Below are positions 52,121 to 62,113 of a stretch of DNA of 64,000 nucleotides, piece after piece; position 1 is the stretch's first letter, and every line of letters starts with the position of its first letter. The translations under genes and the position numbers were made by a program. The stretch lies in NCBI GenBank assembly GCA_020148145.1, contig JAHCRE010000006.1, positions 6,368 through 70,367 of the forward strand. Direction: 5' to 3'. This DNA comes from Patescibacteria group bacterium. GTDB taxonomy: Bacteria; Patescibacteriota; Minisyncoccia; Minisyncoccales; JAHCRE01. Under the pieces are notes generated by a model, which saw only the letters and a program-made list of their open reading frames with translations, was not told where the DNA came from and did not search any database.

Positions 52121-53941
52121 TTATTTCAAAATAGCTCTTATCCTTCTTATGCCGGCGCCTGAAGATTCTTCTTTGATGATTTTAAAAAAACCTAATTCTG
52201 AAGTTTCATTAATATGAGGGCCAGCGCAAATTTCTTTTGAAAAATTACCAATGGAATAAACGGTCACAATTTTTGGATATTTTTCTCTAAAAAAAGCCAA
52301 AGCTCCTGATTCTAAAGCCCTTTCATATTCCATTTCTTCTTTCTCTATTACTAAATCTTCTTTAATTTTTTGATTAACCAGGTCCTCAACTTTTTTTATC
52401 TCTTCTTCGCTGGGTTTCTGAGGATGGGAAAAATCAAAGCGAAGTCTTTTGGAATTAATATCAGACCCCATTTGTTTAACATGTTTTCCTAAAACTTCTC
52501 TTAAAGCCCAATGAAGTAAGTGAGTGGCAGTATGGAGTTTTATTGCCTCATAACTAGCACTTTTTCCAATTCCGCCAAATTTCTTTTCAGCCCCAGCTCG
52601 AGAAATTTCTCGATGTCTTTTAAAGGCTGCTTTAAATCCCTCGACATCAACTCTTAACCCTTTTTCTTTAGCTAATTCTTGAGTCAATTCTAAAGGAAAT
52701 CCATAAGTATCAAATAAATGAAAGGCATCAATTCCCGAAATATCTCCTTTTGCTAAAATTTTTTCAAATTGTTTTAGGCCCTTTTCTAAAGTCTTTTCAA
52801 ATTTCTCCCCTTCATTTTGAATTACAGTTAAGATATCGGTTTGGTTAGATTGAATTTCCGGATAAACATTTTTGTAAATTTCGACCACCTTTTGAGCTAG
52901 AGGAATTAAAAAATTTTTTGGTAGATTTAATAATTTCCCAAATCTTATTGCCCTTCTCAAAATTCTTCTTAAAACATATCCTTTCTCTACATTTGAAGGA
53001 AAGATTTCCTCTGCTATCAAAAAAACCGAAGCCTTTATATGATCGGCAATGATTCGAGAATCTCGTTGATATTTCATCTTTGTTAATTCTTCTTCAAGGA
53101 CAATAGAAGGCTTAAAAAGTCTTTCAAAGGAAGAGGGACCACTAATTTCTTTCATTCCGACCATTTTTCCTATTTCAAGAATTATTGGTGAAAATAAATC
53201 GGTCTCAAAAATACTCTCTTTTTGCTGCAAAACCATAGCCAATCTTTCCAATCCCATTCCAGTATCTACTCCCTTTTGTTTTAAAGGACTAAGTTTTCCA
53301 TTTTTATCCTGATAGTATTCGTTAAAAACTAAATTCCAAAGTTCAATAAATCTTCCGCATTGACAATTGGGAAGACAATTTTTGCCTAATTCGCAAGGTT
53401 TTTTGGTTAAATCGTAATGAATTTCAGTTGTTGGTCCGCAAGGCCCCTCCAATCCAGTTGGTCCCCAGAAATTATCTTTTTTGCCAAATTTATAAATCCT
53501 ATCTTGGGGGACACCCAATTTTTTCCAAATCTCTTGGGATTCCTTATCTTCGGGAACATTTCCTTCCCCTCCAAAATAAGTAATCCATAATTTTTCAACT
53601 GGAATCTTAAAATTTTTAGTCAAAACTTCTAAAGCGAATTCAACGGCCTTCTCTTTAAAATAATCTCCGAAACTAAAATTTCCTAACATTTCCAGGAAGG
53701 TTAAATGACGATTATCTCCTACTTCTTCAATATCTGAGGTTCTAAAACATTTCTGGCAACTAGCAACTTTTTTCCCATAAGGAGATGGTTCTCCTAAATA
53801 ATATTCCTTGAATTGTTGCATTCCGGCAGTAGTAAATAAAACACTAGGATCTGAAGGTAAAAGAGAAGAGGAAGAAACTATTTTATGAGTCCTTTTTTTA
53901 AAAAAAATTAAAAACCCTTGGCGAATCTGAAAAGATTTCAT
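52121..53941 (-). CDS. alaS: Alanyl-tRNA synthetase, short form (catalytic plus editing domains, no C-terminal domain)
   Basis: 606 aa. FTTAGMQQFK, FEMLGNFSFGDYFK, HTATHLLHWAL, CAGPH. Confidence 0.9.
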   Translation of the reverse strand: MKSFQIRQGFLIFFKKRTHKIVSSSSLLPSDPSVLFTTAGMQQFKEYYLGEPSPYGKKVASCQKCFRTSDIEEVGDNRHLTFLEMLGNFSFGDYFKEKAVEFALEVLTKNFKIPVEKLWITYFGGEGNVPEDKESQEIWKKLGVPQDRIYKFGKKDNFWGPTGLEGPCGPTTEIHYDLTKKPCELGKNCLPNCQCGRFIELWNLVFNEYYQDKNGKLSPLKQKGVDTGMGLERLAMVLQQKESIFETDLFSPIILEIGKMVGMKEISGPSSFERLFKPSIVLEEELTKMKYQRDSRIIADHIKASVFLIAEEIFPSNVEKGYVLRRILRRAIRFGKLLNLPKNFLIPLAQKVVEIYKNVYPEIQSNQTDILTVIQNEGEKFEKTLEKGLKQFEKILAKGDISGIDAFHLFDTYGFPLELTQELAKEKGLRVDVEGFKAAFKRHREISRAGAEKKFGGIGKSASYEAIKLHTATHLLHWALREVLGKHVKQMGSDINSKRLRFDFSHPQKPSEEEIKKVEDLVNQKIKEDLVIEKEEMEYERALESGALAFFREKYPKIVTVYSIGNFSKEICAGPHINETSELGFFKIIKEESSGAGIRRIRAILK

Positions 53942-53970
53942 GATTCTAATTTATATTTTACAATTTTAAA

Positions 53971-53989
53971 AGCCACTTTTAAAGTGGCT
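53971..53989. terminator. Hairpin terminator between the ykuK-like gene and alaS
   Basis: AGCCACTTT-T-AAAGTGGCT flanked by A and T runs. Confidence 0.55.
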
Positions 53990-54017
53990 TCTATTTATTA
54001 TTCATCGCCCATTTTCA

Positions 54018-54590
54018 TTAAGCATATCGGTCAGCCACAGTTGAGGCTACAAAAGCTGCTGGTTTAATTTTTGGTTCAAAACCATTGCCGCGAATAAGTC
54101 CAGTAACCTCCCTTATCATATCTTTTGTCTGGCCATTCTCACCGACATCAGCATGGATATAACAAAACTGGTAATTTAAAGGATTAGACAGGTTTTTTCC
54201 GCCTCCGCCAGAGGCTTCGGCGGATCCACCATAGTTTTTAATGAAGGTGGATATTTTCCCCTCAAAATTTTCTCTCAAAAATAAGGCCAATTGGCAAGAG
54301 AGCAAAACTTCTTCTAAAATTCTCTGATGCCAATTATAAAATTTTTTTCTTAAAGATTTGGGATATTTTATCTTTTTAAGAAAAAATCGCCCTCCCTCCC
54401 CTACTCTTAAAATAACTACTGCTACCGGGAAATGAGGGTCATCACCTGAAGATGAGTCGCAACCAACAATGATGTCATAAAATTTCTCTGGTTTTTCTCT
54501 CATATAATTGAGCATTTCCTCCATTACCTGCTCAATTTTTAAATTTCCCCGAGTTGGATTATAAAAATATCCTTCTAAAAATTTTTCCAT
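54018..54590 (-). CDS. YkuK/DUF458-like RNase H-fold protein
   Basis: 190 aa. DIIVGCDSS...FPVAVVILRVGEGG...YIHADVGENGQT, as I recall for DUF458. Confidence 0.6.
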   Translation of the reverse strand: MEKFLEGYFYNPTRGNLKIEQVMEEMLNYMREKPEKFYDIIVGCDSSSGDDPHFPVAVVILRVGEGGRFFLKKIKYPKSLRKKFYNWHQRILEEVLLSCQLALFLRENFEGKISTFIKNYGGSAEASGGGGKNLSNPLNYQFCYIHADVGENGQTKDMIREVTGLIRGNGFEPKIKPAAFVASTVADRYA

Positions 54591-54622
54591 GTTAGTTCAG
54601 AATATCAAACTGAATGAAAAAG

Positions 54623-55402
54623 TCAAGATTTTTTGACTGCCTTTATTATTTTAATAAATTCTTGAGGATTTAAAGAAGCTCCACCTATTAAAAGACCGTC
54701 CATTCTTGCTTCTTTAATATAGCCTGCTGCATTTTTACTGTTAACGCTGCCTCCGTAAATTATTCGAATTTTCTCAGATATATTACGACTAAAAATTCGG
54801 TTTATAATTTTTCGAATAAGTAAACCCATAATCTGAGCTTCTTTAACATCACAGGGTTTTCCAGTTCCAATTGCCCAAACTGGTTCATAGGCAATTACAA
54901 TATTTTTGATTTCTTTTTTTGAAATTTTTTTAAGTCCTTTTTCAATCTGAGATTTTAAAATATTTTGGGTTTTACCTTTTTCTCGCTCAGTTTTGGTCTC
55001 GCCAATACAAAAAATTGGATTTAATTTTACTAATATCGCTTTTTTCATTTTTTTATTTATCACATCATCGGTCTCACCAAACCACCTTCTTCTTTCGGAA
55101 TGACCCAAAATCACATAATCACATCCTAGATCCTTGAGCATTAAAGATGAAATTTCCCCAGTAAAAGCTCCTTTTTCTTCCCAAAAACAATCTTGCGAGC
55201 CGGAGGCGAGTCCGCCGAAGCCCGCCTTTCGGCGGGCGGAGGTGGAAACTCCTAAAATTGATAAATAAACAAAAGGTGGGCAAATTACCACCTCAATATT
55301 TTTAATATTTTTTATTCTTCTTTTCAGGGAATTAAAAAGTTTCTTTGCTTCAATTAAAGTTTGAGGGTTACACTTCCAATTGGCGACAATTAGTGGTTTC
55401 AT
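54623..55402 (-). CDS. tpiA: Triosephosphate isomerase
   Basis: 259 aa. ANWKCN, GAFTGEIS, GHSERR, AYEPVWAIGTG. Confidence 0.94.
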   Translation of the reverse strand: MKPLIVANWKCNPQTLIEAKKLFNSLKRRIKNIKNIEVVICPPFVYLSILGVSTSARRKAGFGGLASGSQDCFWEEKGAFTGEISSLMLKDLGCDYVILGHSERRRWFGETDDVINKKMKKAILVKLNPIFCIGETKTEREKGKTQNILKSQIEKGLKKISKKEIKNIVIAYEPVWAIGTGKPCDVKEAQIMGLLIRKIINRIFSRNISEKIRIIYGGSVNSKNAAGYIKEARMDGLLIGGASLNPQEFIKIIKAVKKS

Positions 55403-56484
55403 CTCACTTTCTGTTTTCTTAAATACTCAGCCGCTTTCTCTGGTTCAATTGTTGAAATCTCCATCCCCGCTCCGAGTTCAAAACCGGCTAAGATCGCTGT
55501 CTTTGGTAAAAATGTAAAATGCCAATGATAAAATTCATAATTTCTTCCGTCACAAGGGGCAGCATGTAAATAGAAATTATAAGCAGGGTCATTTAAGGCC
55601 CTGTAAAGTTTTCCCAGGGCTATTTTAAATGCCTCAGCTAAGGTCCATTTTTCTCTTTCTTTTATTCTTTCAAAATAAGCCGAATGTTTTTTTGGAGAAA
55701 TTATAACCTCAAAAGCAGCCTTTGAAGCAAAAGGGCAAATAACCAAAAAATCTTTATTTTCAAAAACAACTCTTTCTTTACTTTTTCTTTCCCATTTATT
55801 CATCCGACAATAAATACATTTTTTTTGAGCCCTAAAATATTTTCCAGAATTCAAGAGAGCTTTTTTAAGATCAATGTCAATAAGAGGAGTAGTAATAATC
55901 TGAGAGTGAGGGTGGCCAATCGAAGTTCCAGCCTCAACTCCATGATTGTGAAAAAGAGAAATATAATTAACGAATTTCTTTTTCATTAACCCCAAATATC
56001 TTTCCTGGTAAGCATCAATTACTTCTTTAATCTGGTCTATTGAGAATTGAGCTAATGATTTTTTATGATCTCGCGTAATTACCACCTCATGAAAACCTAC
56101 TGCTTGGATTCTTTGATATAACCCTCCCTCAATACTTTTGCCCAATCTAGGTGAGGGGGTAAAGGCCGGAAATTTATTAGGAACAACAATAAGTGTCCAA
56201 CTTTTGGGAATACCTTTATTTAAAGGAATTTTTTTACCATGAGAGAAAATAAGGGTAGGTTTTTCTAATTTATTAATCCGGCAGAAAGGACAATCTTTCC
56301 GGGGAACTTCTTTTTCTATTCTCCTCTCTCTTTTGAAAGTTTCTGGTCTTCTTGCCCGGCCTGTGGCAATAACCACCCAGTGCTTGGAAGCTAAATCAAA
56401 ACGAAGTTCTGAAGGAAATTTAATTTTTTTGTTTTTAGCAGATTTTTTGGAAAAAGGCATAGAATTTTTAACGATATTTACCAA
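55399..56484 (-). CDS. GalT-type (HIT superfamily) hexose-1-phosphate nucleotidyltransferase
   Basis: 361 aa. CPFC Zn site and HPHSQI active-site motif. Confidence 0.8.
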   Translation of the reverse strand: MVNIVKNSMPFSKKSAKNKKIKFPSELRFDLASKHWVVIATGRARRPETFKRERRIEKEVPRKDCPFCRINKLEKPTLIFSHGKKIPLNKGIPKSWTLIVVPNKFPAFTPSPRLGKSIEGGLYQRIQAVGFHEVVITRDHKKSLAQFSIDQIKEVIDAYQERYLGLMKKKFVNYISLFHNHGVEAGTSIGHPHSQIITTPLIDIDLKKALLNSGKYFRAQKKCIYCRMNKWERKSKERVVFENKDFLVICPFASKAAFEVIISPKKHSAYFERIKEREKWTLAEAFKIALGKLYRALNDPAYNFYLHAAPCDGRNYEFYHWHFTFLPKTAILAGFELGAGMEISTIEPEKAAEYLRKQKVR

Positions 56485-57187
56485 ATAACATATTCCGTCT
56501 TATTTTAATTAAATCAAGGCCCATTTTTACCATATTTTTAAATTTGACCTTGCTTTCGGGATCATTTATCCATAAAACTGGAATTTCTTTAATTTTGTAA
56601 CCTAATCTTTTGGCAATTACTAAAATTTCCGGATCAAAAGCGAAGCGATCAATTTTGCATCTAGGAAAAATATCTTCAACTGCTTTTTTTGTAAATCCCT
56701 TAAAGCCACATTGACTATCTAATATTTCCCAGGTGCCACAGATTATTTGAGTTAATAATCTGAAGAAATTTCCTAAAAATCTTCTAAAAAGTGGCTGGGG
56801 TGGATCTAAAACTGCCCCTTTTATATCTCGAGATCCAATAACAATATCATAACCCTCTTTAAAATAGGGCCACATTTTCTCAACCTGATCAATTGTAGTT
56901 GAGTTGTCAGCATCAGTAAAAATCCGATATTCTCCAATAGCCTCTAACATTCCCTGGCGAACTCCAAATCCCTTGCCCTTATTCTCTTTAAAATCAATTA
57001 TTTTTAGATTTTTTATCTCAGCCATTAGGTTTTTAACAACTTCAACTGTTCTATCGGTTGATCCATCAGAAACAACAATCATTTCATAATCGTAATCTTG
57101 CTCCTTCAAATATTTATTAATCTCTCGCAAAGTCTTTGGCAATCTTTTTTCCTCATTATAGGCGGGGATAATAACAGAAAGATACAT
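56468..57187 (-). CDS. Family-2 glycosyltransferase (polyprenyl-phosphate sugar transferase-like)
   Basis: 239 aa. SVIIPAYNEE, VSDGSTD, TDADN. Confidence 0.85.
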   Translation of the reverse strand: MYLSVIIPAYNEEKRLPKTLREINKYLKEQDYDYEMIVVSDGSTDRTVEVVKNLMAEIKNLKIIDFKENKGKGFGVRQGMLEAIGEYRIFTDADNSTTIDQVEKMWPYFKEGYDIVIGSRDIKGAVLDPPQPLFRRFLGNFFRLLTQIICGTWEILDSQCGFKGFTKKAVEDIFPRCKIDRFAFDPEILVIAKRLGYKIKEIPVLWINDPESKVKFKNMVKMGLDLIKIRRNMLFGKYR

Positions 57188-57239
57188 AAGTTTATTTAAT
57201 TATAACACTTTTGAAATACAAAACAAAAAGTGCGAAAAT

Positions 57240-57989
57240 TTACTTTAATTTTGTTAAAATTTCTCCTCCTTCTTTTGTTACCACTATTGTATGTTCAAAG
57301 TGGCAAGATATTGAACTATCAGCAGTTTCCCAGCCATAACTATCTTCTGATTTTTTTATTTTCCAGTCCCCTATTGTTACCATTGGTTCAAGGCAAAATG
57401 CCATTCCTTCTTTAATTTCCGAACCTGTTCTTCTTTTACCATAATTCAAAATTTGAGGATCTTCATGTAAATTTTTGCCAATTCCATGACCACAAAGATC
57501 CCTAATGACGTTAAATCCCTGAGACTCTACATATCTTTGAATGGTATTTGAAATATCACCAATTTTATTTCCTGGCCTTACTTTTTTAATTCCTCGTTTT
57601 AAAGCCTTTTTTGTTATCCGAATCAATCTTTGAATCTCAGGATTAACTTTACCCACCGGAACAGTAATAGCCATATCAGTATGATATCCTTTGAAAAAAT
57701 TTCCGAGATCAAGAGAAATAATATCTCCTTTTTTCAAGACTCTATTTTTAGGGGCAACATGGACAATTTCTTCATTTACTGAAGTACATAAACAAGCCGG
57801 AAAATCTTGATATCCTTTAAATGAACATTTTGCTCCCAATTTTAAAATCAGGGTCTCTGCGACCCTGTCTAATTCTTTGGTGGTGATACCTGGTTTAATC
57901 AATCTTTCCAATTTCTTCATAATTTTTGCCAAGATTTTACCACCTTCTCTCATTATTTCAATTTCCTCTTTTGATTTTATACTAATCAT
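57240..57989 (-). CDS. map: Methionine aminopeptidase type I
   Basis: 249 aa. D..D..H..E..E metal ligand pattern (SLDLG, HGIG, FCLEP, FEHT). Confidence 0.94.
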   Translation of the reverse strand: MISIKSKEEIEIMREGGKILAKIMKKLERLIKPGITTKELDRVAETLILKLGAKCSFKGYQDFPACLCTSVNEEIVHVAPKNRVLKKGDIISLDLGNFFKGYHTDMAITVPVGKVNPEIQRLIRITKKALKRGIKKVRPGNKIGDISNTIQRYVESQGFNVIRDLCGHGIGKNLHEDPQILNYGKRRTGSEIKEGMAFCLEPMVTIGDWKIKKSEDSYGWETADSSISCHFEHTIVVTKEGGEILTKLK

Positions 57990-58034
57990 CGGCGAGATAA
58001 CATGTTTTCTACGATCGTAGAAATTATATTACAG

Positions 58035-58745
58035 CTATTTTAGAGTTTTTAAAATATCTTTGAAAACTTTCTCGACTGATTGTTCGCCATTGACTTTTTT
58101 AACCCTTAAACCTTCTTTTTTGAAATAATCAATCAATGGGAGGGTTCTTTCTTGGTATTCTTTCAATTTCATTTTAATCACTCTTGGACTACTATCTTCA
58201 CGAAATATTAATTTTGAACCATCAAAAGGGCAGACTTTCAATTTAGCAGTTTCTTTAGTGTACAAAATTGAATGGCGCATTAATTGGCAAATTCTTCTCT
58301 TGGTATTTCTCCAAATCGATTCTTTCTCACCTAATTTAATCAAAATTATTTTAAAATTAGAATTTCCATACAATTTTTTTAAAAGGGAGGTAATCTCTTT
58401 TCCTTCATAAAGAGTTTTGGGAGAACCAGAAATTGCTATCCCCTCTCCTTCTTTAGCTAATTCTTTAATCTTGTTTTTTACCCAAAAAGTGATTAATGGA
58501 GGACTCATCCATTTTCCTGATTTTCTTAATTTTTTTTCTTCTGAGAGAAAATATTTTTTTCCTTTGACTTTTACAAAATCACCCTTTTTAGCCTTCAATA
58601 AATTGGCCACAATAATCTTACTTGTCTCTAAATGATAAAGGTTTAATTTTTCTGTCAAAAGTTCAGCTTGGGTCCCCTTACCAGAACCCGGTGGTCCAAG
58701 TAAAATTATGACTAATTGATTTTTGATTTTTTTAGAACGTTTCAT
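58035..58745 (-). CDS. adk: Adenylate kinase
   Basis: 236 aa. LGPPGSGKGTQA P-loop. Sits in the spc operon after secY. Confidence 0.88.
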   Translation of the reverse strand: MKRSKKIKNQLVIILLGPPGSGKGTQAELLTEKLNLYHLETSKIIVANLLKAKKGDFVKVKGKKYFLSEEKKLRKSGKWMSPPLITFWVKNKIKELAKEGEGIAISGSPKTLYEGKEITSLLKKLYGNSNFKIILIKLGEKESIWRNTKRRICQLMRHSILYTKETAKLKVCPFDGSKLIFREDSSPRVIKMKLKEYQERTLPLIDYFKKEGLRVKKVNGEQSVEKVFKDILKTLK

Positions 58746-60030
58746 ATTCTCTCATCTCTAGTTGAGCTTTAATTTGACGCATAGTTTCCAAAACCACTGA
58801 AACGACAATAAGTAAGGCCGTCCCTCCAATTAAAAACTGAAAGACCATGACTTTAGTTATTCTCCCAATAATTGACGGCATTACGGCGATTGTTCCTAAA
58901 AATAAAGCTCCAATAAGCAATACCCGATTTAAAATATAAGATAAAAAGTTAGCGGTGGAAGTCCCTGGCCGAATTCCTGGAACAAACCCACCCATTTTTT
59001 GAAGATTTTCAGAAACAGTCTTTGGATCAAAGGTTACAGCGGTATAAAAAAAAGTAAAAGCACAAACTAATAAAAAGTACAAAATTCCATAAGTCCAGGG
59101 GTTCTGGAAAAAGTTTCCTATAGCCTGGGCTATCTGACCAATGGTTCCACCAGCTCCGGCTAAAAAATTAGCAATCATTCCTGGAAAAGTTAAAATAGAT
59201 AAGGCAAAAATTATCGGCATTACTCCAGCCGGATTAACATTCAGGGGTAGATAGGTTGAAACTCCTCCATAAAGGCGCATCCCCCTAACTCTTTTAGCAT
59301 AAGAAACAGGAATGTTTCTTCTAGCCTCACTAACCAAAACCACTCCAGCAATAATAAGTAAGGCCATAGCAAAGAAGAATAAATAGGCCGGAATCCTGGT
59401 CAGATCACCAGTAATTATCATCTGGCGGATATCAACTATTACCTGGCCGGCATTAGCTGGAAAGTCAGCAATAATTCCGGCAAAAATTAAAAGGGAAACC
59501 CCATCGCCAATCCCTTTTTCAGAAATTAACTCTCCTAACCACATCAAAAATATGGCTCCGCCAGTAATAGTTAAAATTGAAGCGAAAAGTAAAGTAGGAG
59601 AAAGGGTTCCAATTACCTCCTGTCTTTGAAATAAAGCAAGCATTGCATATCCCTGCAAAGCTGCCAGAGGAACAGTCAGGATCCTTCCATATTGATTGAA
59701 TTTCTGACGTCCGGCCTCCCCCTCTTCTCGGTAAATTCTTTCCAATTGAGGAAAAATCATGGTTAAAAGTTGTAAAATAATAGTGGCAGTAATGTAGGGC
59801 CCCAATCCTAACATCACAATTGAAACTTTCTCTAAAGCACCACCAGTAAAGACATTTAAAATCCCGAAAATTTGAAATTGTTCAAAAAAATTTCTTAAAT
59901 TCTCGGTACTAATCCCGGGTATAGGGATATTAGCCATTAAACGGAAAACGGCAAAAATCCCCAAAACAAAAAGGATTTTATTACGTAAATCTCTTATTTT
60001 AAAAACTTGAAGAATTTTTTGAAACCACAT
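58732..60030 (-). CDS. secY: Preprotein translocase subunit SecY
   Basis: 432 aa, 10 TM helices. GLGPYITATIILQLL. Confidence 0.95.
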   Translation of the reverse strand: MWFQKILQVFKIRDLRNKILFVLGIFAVFRLMANIPIPGISTENLRNFFEQFQIFGILNVFTGGALEKVSIVMLGLGPYITATIILQLLTMIFPQLERIYREEGEAGRQKFNQYGRILTVPLAALQGYAMLALFQRQEVIGTLSPTLLFASILTITGGAIFLMWLGELISEKGIGDGVSLLIFAGIIADFPANAGQVIVDIRQMIITGDLTRIPAYLFFFAMALLIIAGVVLVSEARRNIPVSYAKRVRGMRLYGGVSTYLPLNVNPAGVMPIIFALSILTFPGMIANFLAGAGGTIGQIAQAIGNFFQNPWTYGILYFLLVCAFTFFYTAVTFDPKTVSENLQKMGGFVPGIRPGTSTANFLSYILNRVLLIGALFLGTIAVMPSIIGRITKVMVFQFLIGGTALLIVVSVVLETMRQIKAQLEMREYETF

Positions 60031-60177
60031 ACCTTTTACTTCGTAAAAGAAATATCAAATTCCAAATCACAAATTCCAAATAAATTCAAAATTCCAATGG
60101 CCAAAATTCTAAACAGTTTGTAATTTGAGATTTGGTGCTTGGAATTTGTTTGTTATTTGATGCTTGGTGCTTGGAAT
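60031..60177. repeat. 147-nt imperfect long hairpin filling the rplO-secY spacer (TTCCAA/TTGGAA-rich arms)
   Basis: AAATTCCAAATCACAAATTCCAAATAAATTC... opposed by ...GGTGCTTGGAATTTGTTTGTTATTTGATGCTTGGTGCTTGGAATTT. Confidence 0.6.
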
Positions 60178-60609
60178 TTATTTTATGGTACCTCCGGCCT
60201 TTTCAATTTTTTCCTTTGCACCCTTTGAAACTCCGCACCCTTCAATAACTAAAGCTTTTTTTAATTCTCCTTTCCCTAAAATTTTCACCCCTGGTATCTT
60301 TCCTTTTATTTTACGAATTAATTTCTTTTCCAGCAAGATTTGAGGATTGATTTTTTCATTTACCTTAAATTTTTTTCCAAGAACCTCAATATTAATTATT
60401 ACTGATTTTAATTCTTTTCCCTTAAATTTATATCCCCTTAACTTTGGGTATCTTTTTATAAATTCTCGAATAGCTGGTTGTAATTTTCGACCAGATCTTG
60501 CTTTCTGGCCCTTCATTCCTCGACCAGAATAAGTTCCTCTTTTTCCTCCCCGACCTATTCTCTTTGGTCGCTTTTTCTTGTGGATAGGTTTTAATTGGTG
60601 TAACTGCAT
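60178..60609 (-). CDS. rplO: 50S ribosomal protein L15
   Basis: 143 aa. KRIGRGGKRGTYSGRGMKGQKARSG. Confidence 0.94.
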   Translation of the reverse strand: MQLHQLKPIHKKKRPKRIGRGGKRGTYSGRGMKGQKARSGRKLQPAIREFIKRYPKLRGYKFKGKELKSVIINIEVLGKKFKVNEKINPQILLEKKLIRKIKGKIPGVKILGKGELKKALVIEGCGVSKGAKEKIEKAGGTIK

Positions 60610-60612
60610 TTT

Positions 60613-61077
60613 TTATTTTAATCTTAATTTTTTTAGAGCTTTTATAGTCGCTCTGGCATTATTTAATTTGTTCCCAGTTCTCCCTAAAATTTTTGAGGAA
60701 ATATTTTTGATTCCAGCTAAATTACAAATAACCCTAACCGTTCCTCCAGCCACCAATCCCCTTCCTTTTCTTTGAGGTTTTAACAAAACCCGAGCCGGCC
60801 CGAATTTGGAAGTCACTTCATGAGGAACAGTCTCATTAACAATTAGAACCTCAATTATATTTTTTTTGGCCAGCCTTGTTGCTTTCTTAATTGCCTGAGC
60901 AACATCTGACCCTTTAGCCACTCCCACCCCAACTTTTCCTTCTTTGTTTCCAACTACTACTACTGCTCGAAACCGAAAATGCTTACCTCCGGCAGATACC
61001 CGAGTAACTCGAGCCAAATCGAGTAATTTTGATTCAAACTCCTTAATTGTTTTCTCTTTTTCAACTTCTTTTGCCAT
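60613..61077 (-). CDS. rpsE: 30S ribosomal protein S5
   Basis: 154 aa. VTRVSAGGKHFRFRAVVVVGN..GVG. Confidence 0.94.
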   Translation of the reverse strand: MAKEVEKEKTIKEFESKLLDLARVTRVSAGGKHFRFRAVVVVGNKEGKVGVGVAKGSDVAQAIKKATRLAKKNIIEVLIVNETVPHEVTSKFGPARVLLKPQRKGRGLVAGGTVRVICNLAGIKNISSKILGRTGNKLNNARATIKALKKLRLK

Positions 61078-61086
61078 AATAAAAAC

Positions 61087-61524
61087 TTAAAATTTCAATC
61101 CCCCTTCTCTCGCTCCTTCTGCCACTGCCTTCGTTCTCCCGTGATATTTATATCCTCCCCTATCAAATACTACCTTTTTAATTTTTTTCTTAAAGGCTTT
61201 TTTAGCAATTAGTTTTCCTACCTCAAAAGCGATGCCAACTTTTCTTGTTAAGGGTTTTTTAATTTCTTTAGCTTTCGGAGACCCCTCCTGGCGGGAGGGT
61301 GATGGGCTGGCTGTAGCCTTTTTAATTTTTGTTTTTTGTTTTTTTAATTCTAAATCACTAGTTGCAACTAAAATATGGCCTTTTTCATCATCAATTAATT
61401 GAACATAAATATGTTTTTGTGATCTAAAAACACAAAACCGAGGTCTAGTGGCTGTTCCCCATATTTTAGCTCTCACTCGCTTGTGACGTCTAACTTTTTT
61501 CTCACGTTTTATCTTTGTTTTCAT
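61087..61524 (-). CDS. rplR: 50S ribosomal protein L18 (with GC-rich internal patch)
   Basis: 145 aa. [46 protein letters not shown]. Patch at 61271-61318 encodes [16 protein letters not shown]. Confidence 0.93.
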   Translation of the reverse strand: MKTKIKREKKVRRHKRVRAKIWGTATRPRFCVFRSQKHIYVQLIDDEKGHILVATSDLELKKQKTKIKKATASPSPSRQEGSPKAKEIKKPLTRKVGIAFEVGKLIAKKAFKKKIKKVVFDRGGYKYHGRTKAVAEGAREGGLKF

Positions 61525-61552
61525 ATAGCTCAGATTTTTAATTCGGATTATT

Positions 61553-62098
61553 TTACATTCCTGTTGTTATTACCCTCTTTCCTACTTTTCTTCTAATTAC
61601 TTCTCCTACATATCTAATTCCTGTTCCTTTATAGGGTTCGGGTGGTCTGACTTTTCTTATTTTAGCAGCGATTTGAAAAACTTTTTCTTTATTGATTCCA
61701 GAAACAGAAATTATATTTTTTTCAACTGAGAATTTAATTCCTTCGGGAACCTTTATTTTAACTGGATGAGTAAAGCCAACTTTTAAAACTAAATCATTAT
61801 CTTCTAAAACAACACGATATCCCAAGCCTTCTAGTTGTAATTTTTTCTCGTAACCTTCGGTTACACCTTTTATATGGCTAGCCAGAAGGGCTCGAGTCAA
61901 ACCCCAAAAGGCTTTGGTTTTTTTAGTCTCAATCTGAGGAGAGATAAAGATCTTTTCCTCTTTTACCTCTACTTTAATTTCCGGCCGAATTTCCTGAAGG
62001 ATTTCGCCTCTAGGGCCCGTGATTTTAACTCGCTGCTCTTTAATTTCAACCTCTACTTTCTCAGGTATTAATATTGGTTTTTTTCCAACTCGAGACAT
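61553..62098 (-). CDS. rplF: 50S ribosomal protein L6
   Basis: 181 aa. MSRVGKKPI... Confidence 0.94.
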   Translation of the reverse strand: MSRVGKKPILIPEKVEVEIKEQRVKITGPRGEILQEIRPEIKVEVKEEKIFISPQIETKKTKAFWGLTRALLASHIKGVTEGYEKKLQLEGLGYRVVLEDNDLVLKVGFTHPVKIKVPEGIKFSVEKNIISVSGINKEKVFQIAAKIRKVRPPEPYKGTGIRYVGEVIRRKVGKRVITTGM

Positions 62099-62113
62099 AA
62101 TATTCTTTTATTT

